Shown in pieces: positions 38,211 through 47,774 of a stretch of DNA of 64,000 nucleotides. Numbering within the stretch: the first letter of the stretch is position 1; each line of letters begins with the position of its first letter. The position numbers and the translations under genes are program-made. Below the pieces are notes generated by a model that worked only from the letters and a program-made list of their open reading frames with translations, was not told the origin of the DNA and did not search any database. Source of the DNA: an uncultured Acidimicrobiia bacterium (lineage in GTDB: Bacteria; Actinomycetota; Acidimicrobiia; Spongiisociales; UBA11373); the NCBI GenBank assembly GCA_964354255.1, contig CAYGYX010000004.1, forward strand, positions 10,374 through 74,373. Reading direction: 5' to 3'.

Positions 38211-39373
38211 TCCGCCTCCGGCAGGGGCGGCTGGCGCACGATGCCGACCAGGATGCCGACGCCGATCATCTCGGTGACGAGGGCACTCCCCCCGAAGGAG
38301 ACGAAGGGGAGCGGCACCCCGGTGATGGGGAGCACGCCGGTGACCCCGCCGATGTTCACCAGCGCCTGGGCCACCAGCCAGGTGGTGATGCCGATGGCCA
38401 CCAGCCGGCCGAACCGGTCGGTGCAGTGGAGAGCCGCCAGGGTCCCGGCCACCGTCAGCACCGCGAAGAGCAGGATCACAGCCAGCGAGCCGGCGAGGCC
38501 GGTCTCCTCGCCGACGATGGCGAAGATGAAGTCGGTGTGGGCGTTGGGCAGGAACGACCACCGGGCGCGGCTCGCCCCCAGCCCCACCCCGAAGAGCCCA
38601 CCGGTGCCCAGGGCCACCAGCGATTGCATCGCCTGGTACCCGCTCCCCAGCGGGTCGGAGCTCACATCGAGGAAGGATGTCACCCGATCCCACCGGTATG
38701 GGGATAGCAGCGCCGCTGCCGCCGCCGCGCCGCCGCCGATCACGCCGCCGCCGAGGACGAAGGCGAGGGGTGCCGCCGAGGCCACCAGGACGGCGAAGCC
38801 CCCGGCGGCGATCAGCAGGGTGGTTCCCAAGTCGGGCTGCATCAACACCAGGGCCCCCACCACTCCCACCGACCCGGCCACCGGCCAGAAGAAGTCACGG
38901 AAGCGGTGCATGGAGTCCTCCCGGCGGCTCACCAGCGTCGCCAGGAACAGCACGGTGGCCAGCTTGGCGAACTCCGACGGCTGCAGGGTGATCGGCCCGA
39001 CGGCCAGCCAGCGCTCGGAGCCGCCGACCCGGGTCCCCATGAGTTGCACCGCCACCAGCAGCAGCACCGTGGTGAGAAAGCAAGGGAAGGCGAGCCGCCG
39101 CCACCAGCGCACGGGGAGAGCGGCCGCCGCCGCCAGGCCCACCACCCCGGCGCCCAGCCAGATCAACTGCCGCTTGAAGTAGAACAGCGAGTCCTGCTGC
39201 GACTCCAGGGCATGTACCGAGGAAGCGGAGAGGATGGCCCCCAGGCCCACGACCGCCAGCAGGCCGACCGGGACGAGCAGGGCCACCGTGAGCCGTGAGG
39301 AACGGCGAGCCGCCTGCTCGGCCAGCCGCCAGGCAGTCCGGCCGCCGGCGATGGGGATCACCCGCGTCGCCAT
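38207..39373 (-). CDS. ftsW: SEDS-family peptidoglycan glycosyltransferase FtsW
   Basis: 10 TM segments. SEDS blocks (LQPSEFAK, NAHTDFIFA, PLPFVSFGGSA). ATG with GGAAGGAGGGG RBS overlaps the murD stop. Confidence 0.9.
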   Translation of the reverse strand: MATRVIPIAGGRTAWRLAEQAARRSSRLTVALLVPVGLLAVVGLGAILSASSVHALESQQDSLFYFKRQLIWLGAGVVGLAAAAALPVRWWRRLAFPCFLTTVLLLVAVQLMGTRVGGSERWLAVGPITLQPSEFAKLATVLFLATLVSRREDSMHRFRDFFWPVAGSVGVVGALVLMQPDLGTTLLIAAGGFAVLVASAAPLAFVLGGGVIGGGAAAAAALLSPYRWDRVTSFLDVSSDPLGSGYQAMQSLVALGTGGLFGVGLGASRARWSFLPNAHTDFIFAIVGEETGLAGSLAVILLFAVLTVAGTLAALHCTDRFGRLVAIGITTWLVAQALVNIGGVTGVLPITGVPLPFVSFGGSALVTEMIGVGILVGIVRQPPLPEAE

Positions 39374-40656
39374 CACCCCTCCTTCCGGCGGCGTACGGTC
39401 TCGGCAAAGACCTCGCCCCGGTGGGCGTAGGAGCGGAACATGTCGAACGAGGCACAGCCGGGAGCGAGGAGCACGGTGTCGCCGGGCAGGGCGAGCCGAT
39501 CGGCCAGGGCCACTGCCTCTTCGAGATCGGCGACCACGCTGCCGGACCGGGCGGCGGCGACCATCTCCGGCCCGGCCTCGCCGATCCCGATGACGTGGCG
39601 CAGGCGGGGTTCGGTGGCGATCGTCGCCACGTCGAGGCCTTTGTTCCTGCCCCCGGCGATGAGGACCACCGACGGGTAGGAGCGAATGGCGGCGACGGTG
39701 GCGTGCGGGTTGGTGGCCTTGGAGTCGTCCACCCAGGTCACCCCTTCCCAGGTGCCCACCAGCTGGCGCCGGTGACTGGGGGGACGAAAGCCGCGCAGCG
39801 CCTCGCCGATCCCTTCCGCGGTCGCCCCGACGCCCAGGGCAGCCGTGCCGGCCGCGGCGGCATCCACCAGGAAGATCGGGTCCACCGACGGCACCCCCTC
39901 CAGGGCCACCGCGACGTCCCCCAGCCAGAGGAGCCCGTCCTCCGGGCCGGACCCGGTCGGCGGCCGCCGGGTGCCGCTCACCGGCCACCGGCGCGAGCGG
40001 GCCGAGGCGACGGCCCGGCGCGCACCCGGGTCCTCATCGTCGAAGACGAGCAAGTCCTGCTCCTCCTGGTTGCGGTGGATGCGGGCCTTGGCGGCCAGAT
40101 AGGCCTCGAAGCTCCCGTGCCAGTCGAGGTGGTCGGGAGCCACGTTGAGCAGGACCGCCACGTGTGGGTGGAAGGACTCGGTGAAGCGCAACTGGAAGCT
40201 GGAAGCCTCCACCACCAGGGCGTCCCAATCCCCGCCCACCGCCTCGCTGAGGGGGACCCCGATGTTGCCCACCGCCGCGGTGCGCCGGCCGGAGGCCGCC
40301 AGCATGGCCGTCGCCATCTGGGTGATCGTGGTCTTCCCGTTGGTGGCGGTCACGGCCAGCAGGGGAACGGCCAGGTGGCGGGAGGCGAGCTCGAGCTCGC
40401 CCCAGAGCGGCACCCCGGCCGACAGGGCATCGGCGATGGGCGGGCTGTGCGGCGGCACCCCCGGGCTGGCCACCACCAGGTCGACGCCGGCGAGCAGGGC
40501 CGGGTCCCAGTCCCCGCCGCTCACCCGCCGCTCGACGCTCAGGTCGGCCACCGCCGCCGGGTCGGCGTCGTAGACCACCACCTCGTGGCCGTCTCCTTCC
40601 AACAGGCGCAGTGCCGCTCGCCCACTCACCGCCGCGCCGATCAGGAGCGCCTTCAT
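39373..40656 (-). CDS. murD: UDP-N-acetylmuramoylalanine--D-glutamate ligase
   Basis: MKALLIGAAVSG. AVTATNGKTT P-loop. NVAPDHLDWHGS. DDSKATN. ATGA overlap with the mraY stop. Confidence 0.9.
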   Translation of the reverse strand: MKALLIGAAVSGRAALRLLEGDGHEVVVYDADPAAVADLSVERRVSGGDWDPALLAGVDLVVASPGVPPHSPPIADALSAGVPLWGELELASRHLAVPLLAVTATNGKTTITQMATAMLAASGRRTAAVGNIGVPLSEAVGGDWDALVVEASSFQLRFTESFHPHVAVLLNVAPDHLDWHGSFEAYLAAKARIHRNQEEQDLLVFDDEDPGARRAVASARSRRWPVSGTRRPPTGSGPEDGLLWLGDVAVALEGVPSVDPIFLVDAAAAGTAALGVGATAEGIGEALRGFRPPSHRRQLVGTWEGVTWVDDSKATNPHATVAAIRSYPSVVLIAGGRNKGLDVATIATEPRLRHVIGIGEAGPEMVAAARSGSVVADLEEAVALADRLALPGDTVLLAPGCASFDMFRSYAHRGEVFAETVRRRKEG

Positions 40657-41702
40657 CCCACCCCTCCCGAGGTGATGAAGTCGCTGTAGAAGATCCCCAG
40701 GGCGAGGGCCACCCCCAGGGCGGCGAGGACCCAGAAGCGCACGATCACGGTGGGCTCGGCCCAGCCCAGCAACTCGAAGTGGTGGTGCAGGGGCGCCATC
40801 TTGAAGACCCGCTTGCCGAAGGCGTGGAAGGAGATGATCTGGATGATCACCGACGCCGCCTCCAGCACGAAGATGCCGCCGAGGATCACCAGCAGCAGGT
40901 GGGTGTTGGTGAGCAGGGCGAGGGCGGCCATCGCCCCACCCAGGGCCTGGGACCCCGTGTCCCCCATGATGATGCGGGCCGGGGCGGTGTTCCACCAGAG
41001 GAAGCCGAGAGTGGCGGTGGCCAGCGCGGTGGAGAGGATGGCCAGCTCCAGGGTCCCGGAGATCCCGTAGAACTCCGGATGGCGGAACTGCCAGAAAGAC
41101 ATGATGGTGAAGGCGCTGAACACCAGGGCAGAGGAGCCGGAGGCCAGGCCGTCGAGCCCGTCGGTGAAGTTCACCGCGTTGGACGTGGCGGTGAGCATGA
41201 GCAGCACCCAGAGGACGTAGAACCAGCCCAGGTCCGCTCCGAAGGGCCGCGTGAACGACAGCTGGGTGGTGACGTCCCAGCTGAGCGCTCCCCAGGCGAA
41301 CAGGCCGGCGATGACCAGTTGGCCGATGAGCTTCCAGGTCTTGCCCAGGCCCAGGTTGCGGGCCCGGCGCACCTTGAGGAGGTCGTCGAGGAGCCCGATG
41401 AGCCCCATGCCCACGAAGGCGAGGAGCACCAGCAGGCCGGGCGTCTGGAAGTCGCGGAACCCGATCTGCCACGCACCCTGCGGGTCGCGAGCGTCGAAGT
41501 GCCCGGCGAGCCAGCCGGCCACCACCGCCAGCACGATGACCAGCCCGCCCATGGTCGGGGTGCCGGCCTTGTGGTGGTGGACCTCCACTTCCTCCTGGAT
41601 GTGCTGCCCGACCCGGCGGGCATGGAAGAAGCGCACCGCCACCGGGGTGAGGAGCACGGTGATCCCGAAGGCCACCACTGCCGCCACGAGGAGGCTGATC
41701 AC
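40653..41702 (-). CDS. mraY: phospho-N-acetylmuramoyl-pentapeptide transferase
   Basis: MraY blocks NAVNFTDGLDGLASG, IMGDTGSQALGG, APLHHHFE. Start taken at GTG (V19 of the ORF) 6 nt after AGGAGG. The alternative GTG at 41756 overlaps murE by 20 nt. Confidence 0.88.
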   Translation of the reverse strand: MISLLVAAVVAFGITVLLTPVAVRFFHARRVGQHIQEEVEVHHHKAGTPTMGGLVIVLAVVAGWLAGHFDARDPQGAWQIGFRDFQTPGLLVLLAFVGMGLIGLLDDLLKVRRARNLGLGKTWKLIGQLVIAGLFAWGALSWDVTTQLSFTRPFGADLGWFYVLWVLLMLTATSNAVNFTDGLDGLASGSSALVFSAFTIMSFWQFRHPEFYGISGTLELAILSTALATATLGFLWWNTAPARIIMGDTGSQALGGAMAALALLTNTHLLLVILGGIFVLEAASVIIQIISFHAFGKRVFKMAPLHHHFELLGWAEPTVIVRFWVLAALGVALALGIFYSDFITSGGVG

Positions 41703-41736
41703 CGCGTGCCTCCTGCTCGGGAGAAGCTGAGCAGGC

Positions 41737-43191
41737 TCATCGCGCCGCCTCCTCACGGGCGACCACCCGGTCGTCGAAGGGGACCACCCGCTCGGCGAAC
41801 TGCTGGCCCTGCTCGTGTCCCTTGCCCAGGACTAGAACCACGTCGCCCGGCCGAGCCGCGGACAGGGCGCCGCGGATCGCCAGCCGCCGGTCGGCCTCGA
41901 TCCTCACCTCGGCCGGCCCCCCGGCCCCCCCGGCCGCCACCTGTTCGATGATCGCGCCCGGGTCCTCCGAACGCGGGTTGTCGGAGGTGATGAAGGCGAG
42001 GTCGGCGGCAGCCGCGGCCGCTCCCATGAGGGGGCGTTTCGCCCGGTCGCGGTCTCCGCCGGCTCCGACCACCGCGATCACCCGTCCCCCGCCGGCCAGG
42101 CGGCGGGCGGTCTCGATGACCACCGCCACCCCGTCGGGAGTGTGCGCGTAGTCGACCACCACGGTGTAGTCCTTCCCCGTCTCAACGATCTCGAAGCGGC
42201 CCGGCACCGTGGTCACCGCCCCGATGCCGGCGGCGATGCTATCCGACGGGATGCCGAGGACCGCGGCCACCCCGGCCGCCACCAGGGCGTTGGCCACGTT
42301 GAACTCACCGGCCAGGCACAGGCGGACGGGGACGGGGGCTCCCGCCCCCGCCAGGACGAAGGTCGACCCGCCAAGACCCATCGTCAGTTCGGCGGCGGTC
42401 ACCGCCGCCGGCCGACGGAGGCCCACCCCGGTCACCGGCAGGGCGGTCTCGGAGGCGAGGCGCTCCCCCGCCGGATCGTCCACCCAGATCACCGCCTGCT
42501 CCGCCATCCCCGGCACGAACAGGGAGGCCTTGGCACGGTAGTAGGCCTCCATGTCGGGGTGAAAGTCGAGGTGATCCTGGCTCAGGTTGGTGAAGGCGGC
42601 CACCGCGAACCGGCTGCCCGCCACCCGGCCCAGAGCGAGGGCGTGGGAGGAAACCTCCACCGCCGCGACCTGCACTCCGGCGGACACCATCCGGGCCAGG
42701 AGGCGCTGGAAATCGGCCGCTTCCGGAGTGGTGCGCACGACCTCCTCCGGCCTCCCGGCGATGCGGGCCCCCACCGTCCCCACCAGGGCCGGAGTGAGGC
42801 CGGCCGCCCCGGTGATCGATTCGAGGAGGTGGGTCACGGTCGTCTTGCCGTTGGTGCCCGTGACCCCCACCAGGCGGAGGAGGTGAGAAGGATCGCCGTG
42901 CACTCGCGCCGCCAGGGGGCCCAGGGCGGCCCGGGTGTCCGCTACCAGCAGGGCCGCTCCGCCGTCCCCCGGGTCTTCCTCCACGCAGACGGCCGCGGCA
43001 CCGGCAGCTCGCGCCGCCGGGACGAACCGGTGCCCGTCCACCGTGAAGCCCCGCACCGCCACGAACAGCATCCCCGGGCCGGCGGCCCGCGAGTCGTGGC
43101 TCAGGTCCTGCACCGGCGTGGCCGGGTCGCCGACCACCCGACCGCCGACCAGCGCCGCCAACTCGCCCAGGGTCACCGGATCAGGGGGCAT
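41737..43191 (-). CDS. murE: UDP-N-acetylmuramoyl-L-alanyl-D-glutamate--2,6-diaminopimelate ligase (MurE; not MurF)
   Basis: MurE-specific blocks: DSR near the N-terminus, LVGVTGTNGKTTVT, VEVSSHAL, FTNLSQDHLDFH, GEFNVANAL, VVVDYAHTPDG, GAGGDRDRAKRPLMG, SDNPRSEDP, LGKGHEQ. The MurF-type GSSGKTS P-loop is absent. Confidence 0.85.
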   Translation of the reverse strand: MPPDPVTLGELAALVGGRVVGDPATPVQDLSHDSRAAGPGMLFVAVRGFTVDGHRFVPAARAAGAAAVCVEEDPGDGGAALLVADTRAALGPLAARVHGDPSHLLRLVGVTGTNGKTTVTHLLESITGAAGLTPALVGTVGARIAGRPEEVVRTTPEAADFQRLLARMVSAGVQVAAVEVSSHALALGRVAGSRFAVAAFTNLSQDHLDFHPDMEAYYRAKASLFVPGMAEQAVIWVDDPAGERLASETALPVTGVGLRRPAAVTAAELTMGLGGSTFVLAGAGAPVPVRLCLAGEFNVANALVAAGVAAVLGIPSDSIAAGIGAVTTVPGRFEIVETGKDYTVVVDYAHTPDGVAVVIETARRLAGGGRVIAVVGAGGDRDRAKRPLMGAAAAAADLAFITSDNPRSEDPGAIIEQVAAGGAGGPAEVRIEADRRLAIRGALSAARPGDVVLVLGKGHEQGQQFAERVVPFDDRVVAREEAAR

Positions 43192-44896
43192 CGGGAGGCT
43201 CTCCCAACTGGTGGAGGGCGGCCAGAGTCACCGCGGCGAACACCGGCGCCGCCCCCGAGCCGCCGGAGGCGTTTTCCTGGGGGGCATCGAGCACCACCGC
43301 CACCACCACCCGGGGATCGTCGATGGGGGCCATGCCGATGAAGGAGGCCACCACGTCCTCGTCGCTGTATTCCCCGGACTCGCTGAGGTATTTCTTGGTA
43401 GTGCCGGTCTTCCCGCCCACCCGGTAGCCCTCCACGGCCGCCAGCGACCCCGTTCCCTGCTCCACGACCGCCTCCAGCATCATCCTGATCTGTCGCGCCG
43501 TCTCGGCCGACACCACCCGCCGGCTGGCGGGTTCAACCGCCGAGCGCACCCCCTGCCCGTCGACCACCTCCGCGACCAGATGGGGCTGCACCCAGGTGCC
43601 GTCGTTGGCGATGGTGGCATAGGCCATGGCCATCTGCAGGGCGGTGACCGAAACGTGGTACCCGATCGAGGTGCCGGCCACACAGGTGGTGGCGCACCAC
43701 TCCTCCGAGGGCCGAAGCACGCCGGCCGCCTCTCCGGGGAGGTCGATGCCGGCCGGGCGGCCCTGGCCGAAGCCCACCATGTACTCGTGCAGGCGTTGGG
43801 CCCCCAGCATCTCCCCGAGCAGGATGGTCCCCAGGTTCGAGGAGTAGGCCACGATCTCGGTGACGGTGAGCCGGTCGGCATGGGCCGTGAAATCCTGGAA
43901 GACGGTGTCGAGGATCTCGATGCGCTCGGGGATGTCGAGGGCCGTGCCCGGAGTGACCAGCCCCGCCTCCAGGGCGGCCGCCACCGTGATCAGCTTCTGT
44001 GTCGAGCCCGGCTCGAAGAGATCGGTGACCACCCGGTTCCGCACCTGGTCGGGGGTGAGCTCGACCCGGTCGCTCGGATCGAAGTTGGGGAGGTTCACCA
44101 TGGCCAGCACCGCCCCCGTCGCCGGTTCGATGACCACCACCGACCCCGCCCTCGCCCCGGTCCGTTCCATCCCCTCCCGGAGAGCCTGCTCCGCGGCGAA
44201 CTGGATGGAAGTCCGCACGGTGAGCACCAGGTCGCTTCCCGGCTCGGCGGGGGTGACCGAGTACTCGCCCTGGGGGATGGTCTTCCCGGATGGGTCGCGC
44301 TCCACCAGCAGCTCGCCCGGTGTCCCGGCCAGTTCCTCCTCGTAGAAGTACTCCAGCCCCTCCAGACCGGTGTTGTCGTCCGGCCGGACGAAGCCGATCA
44401 GCTGGGCGGTCAGCGAACCGGCCGGGTAGACCCGCTTCGGCTCCTCGAGGAAGTAGACGCCGGGGAGATCGGCCTCCCGCACCAGGTCGGCGTCGGCCCG
44501 GTCGAGCTGCCGGGCGATGTAGACGAAGCTGCCGTCCAACGACAGCAGTTCCTCCACCGCCTCCGGTTCCCGGGCGACGAGGGGCGCCAGCAGCCGCGCG
44601 ATCACCTCGGGCTGGGTGATCTCCTGCGGGTTGGCATAGACCGTCACCGAGTCGACAGTGACCCCCAGCTCCCGCCCGTCCGCGTCGAAGATGGTGCCCC
44701 GGTCGGCGGCCAGGGTCTCGTGGTACAGGCGCTGATCGAGGCCGCGGGCGGCATACTCCCCGGCCCGGGTCCCCTGCACTACCACCAGGCGGTAGCCCAC
44801 CCCGGCCCAGGCCAGGGTGAGGGCGACGCCGACCATGACCAACCGGGCGTTCAGCCTCCGAGGACGCCTGGTGGTGGCGAGGGACGGACGGGCCAC
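43181..44896 (-). CDS. ftsI: penicillin-binding protein 2 / FtsI-type transpeptidase
   Basis: N-terminal TM anchor. PBP dimerisation domain. Transpeptidase motifs STQK, SSN, KTGT. Confidence 0.9.
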   Translation of the reverse strand: MARPSLATTRRPRRLNARLVMVGVALTLAWAGVGYRLVVVQGTRAGEYAARGLDQRLYHETLAADRGTIFDADGRELGVTVDSVTVYANPQEITQPEVIARLLAPLVAREPEAVEELLSLDGSFVYIARQLDRADADLVREADLPGVYFLEEPKRVYPAGSLTAQLIGFVRPDDNTGLEGLEYFYEEELAGTPGELLVERDPSGKTIPQGEYSVTPAEPGSDLVLTVRTSIQFAAEQALREGMERTGARAGSVVVIEPATGAVLAMVNLPNFDPSDRVELTPDQVRNRVVTDLFEPGSTQKLITVAAALEAGLVTPGTALDIPERIEILDTVFQDFTAHADRLTVTEIVAYSSNLGTILLGEMLGAQRLHEYMVGFGQGRPAGIDLPGEAAGVLRPSEEWCATTCVAGTSIGYHVSVTALQMAMAYATIANDGTWVQPHLVAEVVDGQGVRSAVEPASRRVVSAETARQIRMMLEAVVEQGTGSLAAVEGYRVGGKTGTTKKYLSESGEYSDEDVVASFIGMAPIDDPRVVVAVVLDAPQENASGGSGAAPVFAAVTLAALHQLGEPPDAP

Positions 44897-44923
44897 CTCA
44901 CGCTCCCTCCTGACCGGGCCGGA

Positions 44924-45334
44924 TCATGGCTGGGCGCCGAGCAGGGCCTTGAGGTCGGCCCAGCGCTCCTCGGCCCCGGTGGCCGACGACCCCATGCCGG
45001 CAACCTCCAGGGTCTCGACGCGGTCGGGGTAGACCATCCCCAGTTCCTGAGCGCTGGCCACTATTCGCTCGGGCGCCTGCAGCCGGGCGCTCTCCAACCG
45101 CAGCTCCCAGTAGCGGGTCTCCTCCACCGCCGTCTGCCGGCTGATCTCCTCGATGACGAAGGCCGACCGGTCCAAAGCGATGCGCGAGTAGATGAGCAGG
45201 AAGAAAGCGGCGAGGACGACCACCGTCAGCAGCAGCCAGGATCCCAGCCGGGGGGCGGGGCGGGCCGGGGTGCCGACCAGCACGCGCAGGCCCGGGGCGG
45301 CGGGCAGGGGCAGTGGCCGGGCCGGGGCTGTCAC
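44924..45334 (-). CDS. ftsL: cell division protein FtsL-like (septum formation initiator)
   Basis: Single TM (WLLLTVVVLAAFFLLIY) followed by coiled-coil. Sits between rsmH and ftsI. Confidence 0.65.
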   Translation of the reverse strand: MTAPARPLPLPAAPGLRVLVGTPARPAPRLGSWLLLTVVVLAAFFLLIYSRIALDRSAFVIEEISRQTAVEETRYWELRLESARLQAPERIVASAQELGMVYPDRVETLEVAGMGSSATGAEERWADLKALLGAQP

Positions 45335-46257
45335 CGGAGCACCTTCTCGGCAGCGCGCAGCCGGGCACTACGCGCCCGCGGGTTGGTCGCCACTTCCTCC
45401 TCGCCGGGGACCACGGGGCGGCGGGTCAGCAGGCGCAGTTCGGCGCTGCGCCCGCACCCACAGACCGGCAGGTCGGGCGGGCAGACGCAGCCGGTGGCAC
45501 CGGCGACGAAGCGCCGCTTGACGATGCGGTCCTCCAGCGAGTGGTAGGAGATCACGACTAGCCGGCCTCCCGGTCGCAGCACGGACAGGGCGGCGTCGAG
45601 GCCGTCCCCAAGGGCCCCCAGCTCGTCGTTGACGGCGATGCGGATGGCCTGGAAGGTTCGCCGGGCCGGGTGCGCCCGGCGCCGATCCCGCGCCGGGACG
45701 GCCGCGCTGATGACGTCAGCCAGCTCACGGGTGTCCCGGAGAGGGCGGGCGGCGAGAATGGCCCCGGCGATCCTGGCGGCGTGGCGTTCCTCCCCGAAGC
45801 GCCGGATGACGGCGGCGAGGCGACCCTCGTCCCAGCCGTTGACCACGTCGCCCGCAGTGAGCGGGCTATCCGGCCCCAGGCGCATGTCGAGAGGCCCGCG
45901 TCGGTGAAAGGAGAACCCTCGGTCCCCCACGTCGAACTGATGGGACGAGACTCCCAGGTCGAAGACGGCTCCATCGATCTCATCGCAGCCCACTCCTCTC
46001 ACCACGTCGTCGATCCTCCTGAAATCCCCGAGGACGAAGCCCAGTCGGTCCCCCAGCCGGGCCGCCTCGGCGGCGGCATCCGGGTCCCGGTCGATGCCGA
46101 TCACCCGCAGCGACGGGAAGGCCGCCAGTAGTGCCCGGGTGTGACCCCCGCCCCCGAAGGTGGCGTCGACCACCACTCCCCCGGCGGGTGGCTGCAGCAG
46201 GGAGGCGACCGTGGCCGCCAACACCGGGATGTGGTAGGGGGGATCCGGCCGGCCCAT
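45331..46257 (-). CDS. rsmH: 16S rRNA (cytosine1402-N4)-methyltransferase
   Basis: HIPVL start. DATFGGGGH SAM motif. FDLGVSSHQ. ISYHSLEDRIVK. Internal ATG (MGRPDPPYHIPVL) chosen as start. Confidence 0.9.
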   Translation of the reverse strand: MGRPDPPYHIPVLAATVASLLQPPAGGVVVDATFGGGGHTRALLAAFPSLRVIGIDRDPDAAAEAARLGDRLGFVLGDFRRIDDVVRGVGCDEIDGAVFDLGVSSHQFDVGDRGFSFHRRGPLDMRLGPDSPLTAGDVVNGWDEGRLAAVIRRFGEERHAARIAGAILAARPLRDTRELADVISAAVPARDRRRAHPARRTFQAIRIAVNDELGALGDGLDAALSVLRPGGRLVVISYHSLEDRIVKRRFVAGATGCVCPPDLPVCGCGRSAELRLLTRRPVVPGEEEVATNPRARSARLRAAEKVLR

Positions 46258-46375
46258 CACCAGCCTCCCGGAACGCTGGCGCCATGTAGGAAGCGGGCGG
46301 AGTAAGGGGCATTCCACGTGGCATCCGGGAGGCTGGTGATGGGCCGGCGGCGGCCCCGGGGGCGGAGGGCAGCAT

Positions 46376-46807
46376 TCAGATTCCCTCCTCCCCTAGCGCC
46401 GTGTCGGTCTGGGCGTAAGCGTCGTCGTTCTCGGACTGGATCCGGTACCAGGTCTCGGCGTCCCAGATCTCGACCCGGTCCCCCACCCCGAGCACGACCA
46501 CGTCACGGTCGAGCCCGGCATAGGAGCGCAGGGCCGGGGGCAGCGGGAGCCGCCCCTGGGCATCGAGGGGCTGGTCGCTGGCCCCGCCGTACAGGGACCG
46601 GGCGAAGTTGCGGGTTCGCCGGTCGGTGCGGGGCAGCCGGTTGAGGCGAGCCACCTCCTGGTTGAACTGCTCGCTGGAGAACACGACGAGGCAGCGGTCC
46701 TGGCCCTTGGTCACCACCAACCCGCGTTCCAGTTCGGGCCGGAATCGGCTGGGCATGACCACCCGGCCTTTGACATCCACGATGTGCTTGTGCTCACCAA
46801 GGAACAC
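46376..46807 (-). CDS. mraZ: transcriptional regulator MraZ
   Basis: Two MraZ repeats. VFLGEHKHIVDVKGRVVMPSRFR matches the MraZ N-terminus MF.G....lD.KGRl.lP..fR. GTG start after GGAGAGG. Confidence 0.85.
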   Translation of the reverse strand: MFLGEHKHIVDVKGRVVMPSRFRPELERGLVVTKGQDRCLVVFSSEQFNQEVARLNRLPRTDRRTRNFARSLYGGASDQPLDAQGRLPLPPALRSYAGLDRDVVVLGVGDRVEIWDAETWYRIQSENDDAYAQTDTALGEEGI

Positions 46808-46879
46808 AGCGGCCGCCTCTCCGTCGCTCCTCCGCCGCCTCCACCTGGAAACGGCCGGCGGGCGGGGCCAATACCCCGC

Positions 46880-46930
46880 TCGCGGTTCTCCCACTTCGCG
46901 CCACTCTGGACCATTCCGCGCCACTTGTCA
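46880..46930 (-). promoter_or_regulatory. candidate Pmra promoter (-35 TTGACA) overlapping three GTGG direct repeats, a putative MraZ operator
   Basis: Minus-strand sequence gcTTGACAaGTGGcgcggaatggtccagaGTGGcgcgaaGTGGgag lies ~80-120 nt upstream of mraZ. GTGG repeats have 20- and 10-nt spacing. Confidence 0.4.
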
Positions 46931-46994
46931 AGCCAATTCCCCCACCGGGACCCCCCGGCCCGCCCTCCCGGCCCCCGCCGGGTAACCTGCCGCC

Positions 46995-47774
46995 GTGCTC
47001 AGCGGGCGGCGGATCCTGGTCACCGGGGGGTCGTCGGGCATCGGCCGGGCTCTCGTGCGTGCCTATGCCGCGCACGGCGCCTCGGTCCTGGCGGTGGCTC
47101 GAGGGGAGGCGGGCTTGCAGGAGACCGCCGCGGTTGCGGTCTCCGGGCGAATCGTGCCCGTCCCGGCCGATGTGGCCACCGAGCCCGGCCGGCGAGCCGT
47201 GGCCACGGCCGTCGAGCACGGTGAGGGGCGGCTGGATGTCGTGGTGCATGCCGCCGGGGCCCTCGGCCCCGTCGGGGAGGAGGCACGGCTGGTGGCCTAC
47301 CCCGCCGACGCCTGGTACCGGGTTCTCGAGGTCAACCTGTCGTCGGTGCATTTCCTGCACCAGCGGCTGGCCGGGTTCCTCGCGCGGGGCCACCGGCCGG
47401 CGGTGATCGGGGTGTCGAGCACCGTGGGCCGCGTCGGCCGGGCTGGCTGGGGTATGTACGCGATCTCCAAGCGGGCCCTCGAGGGCTGGCTGGAGTTGCT
47501 GGCCGACGAGTGGGGCGAGCGGGGACGGGTGTACTCGGTCAATCCGGGAGCCACCCGCACCCCCATGCGGGCAGAGGCGGTGCCCGGCGAGGATCCGGCC
47601 ACCATCCCCTCCCCCGAGGACATCGCCCCCCTCTTCCTGCGCCTCGCCCACCCAGACGCCCCCGAGCCCTCCGGCGCCCGCCTCGACGCTCGCGGCTGGC
47701 TGGGGCGGGATCCGTGGGCAGGGTTGCGCGACACGCCTAGATTGAGCGGCGCACCCGGACAGGAGGCGAGATGA
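46995..47774 (+). CDS. SDR-family short-chain dehydrogenase/reductase
   Basis: TGGSSGIGRAL cofactor motif. YAISKRALEG (YxxxK). NPGATRTP. Confidence 0.85.
   Translation: MLSGRRILVTGGSSGIGRALVRAYAAHGASVLAVARGEAGLQETAAVAVSGRIVPVPADVATEPGRRAVATAVEHGEGRLDVVVHAAGALGPVGEEARLVAYPADAWYRVLEVNLSSVHFLHQRLAGFLARGHRPAVIGVSSTVGRVGRAGWGMYAISKRALEGWLELLADEWGERGRVYSVNPGATRTPMRAEAVPGEDPATIPSPEDIAPLFLRLAHPDAPEPSGARLDARGWLGRDPWAGLRDTPRLSGAPGQEAR

Noticed and set aside
41737-43191. Calling this gene murF from its position (between ftsI and mraY)
   Set aside because: Its motif content is MurE-type (TGTNGKTT, DYAHTPD, DNPRSE, DSR), so murE was called and murF was reported as missing.
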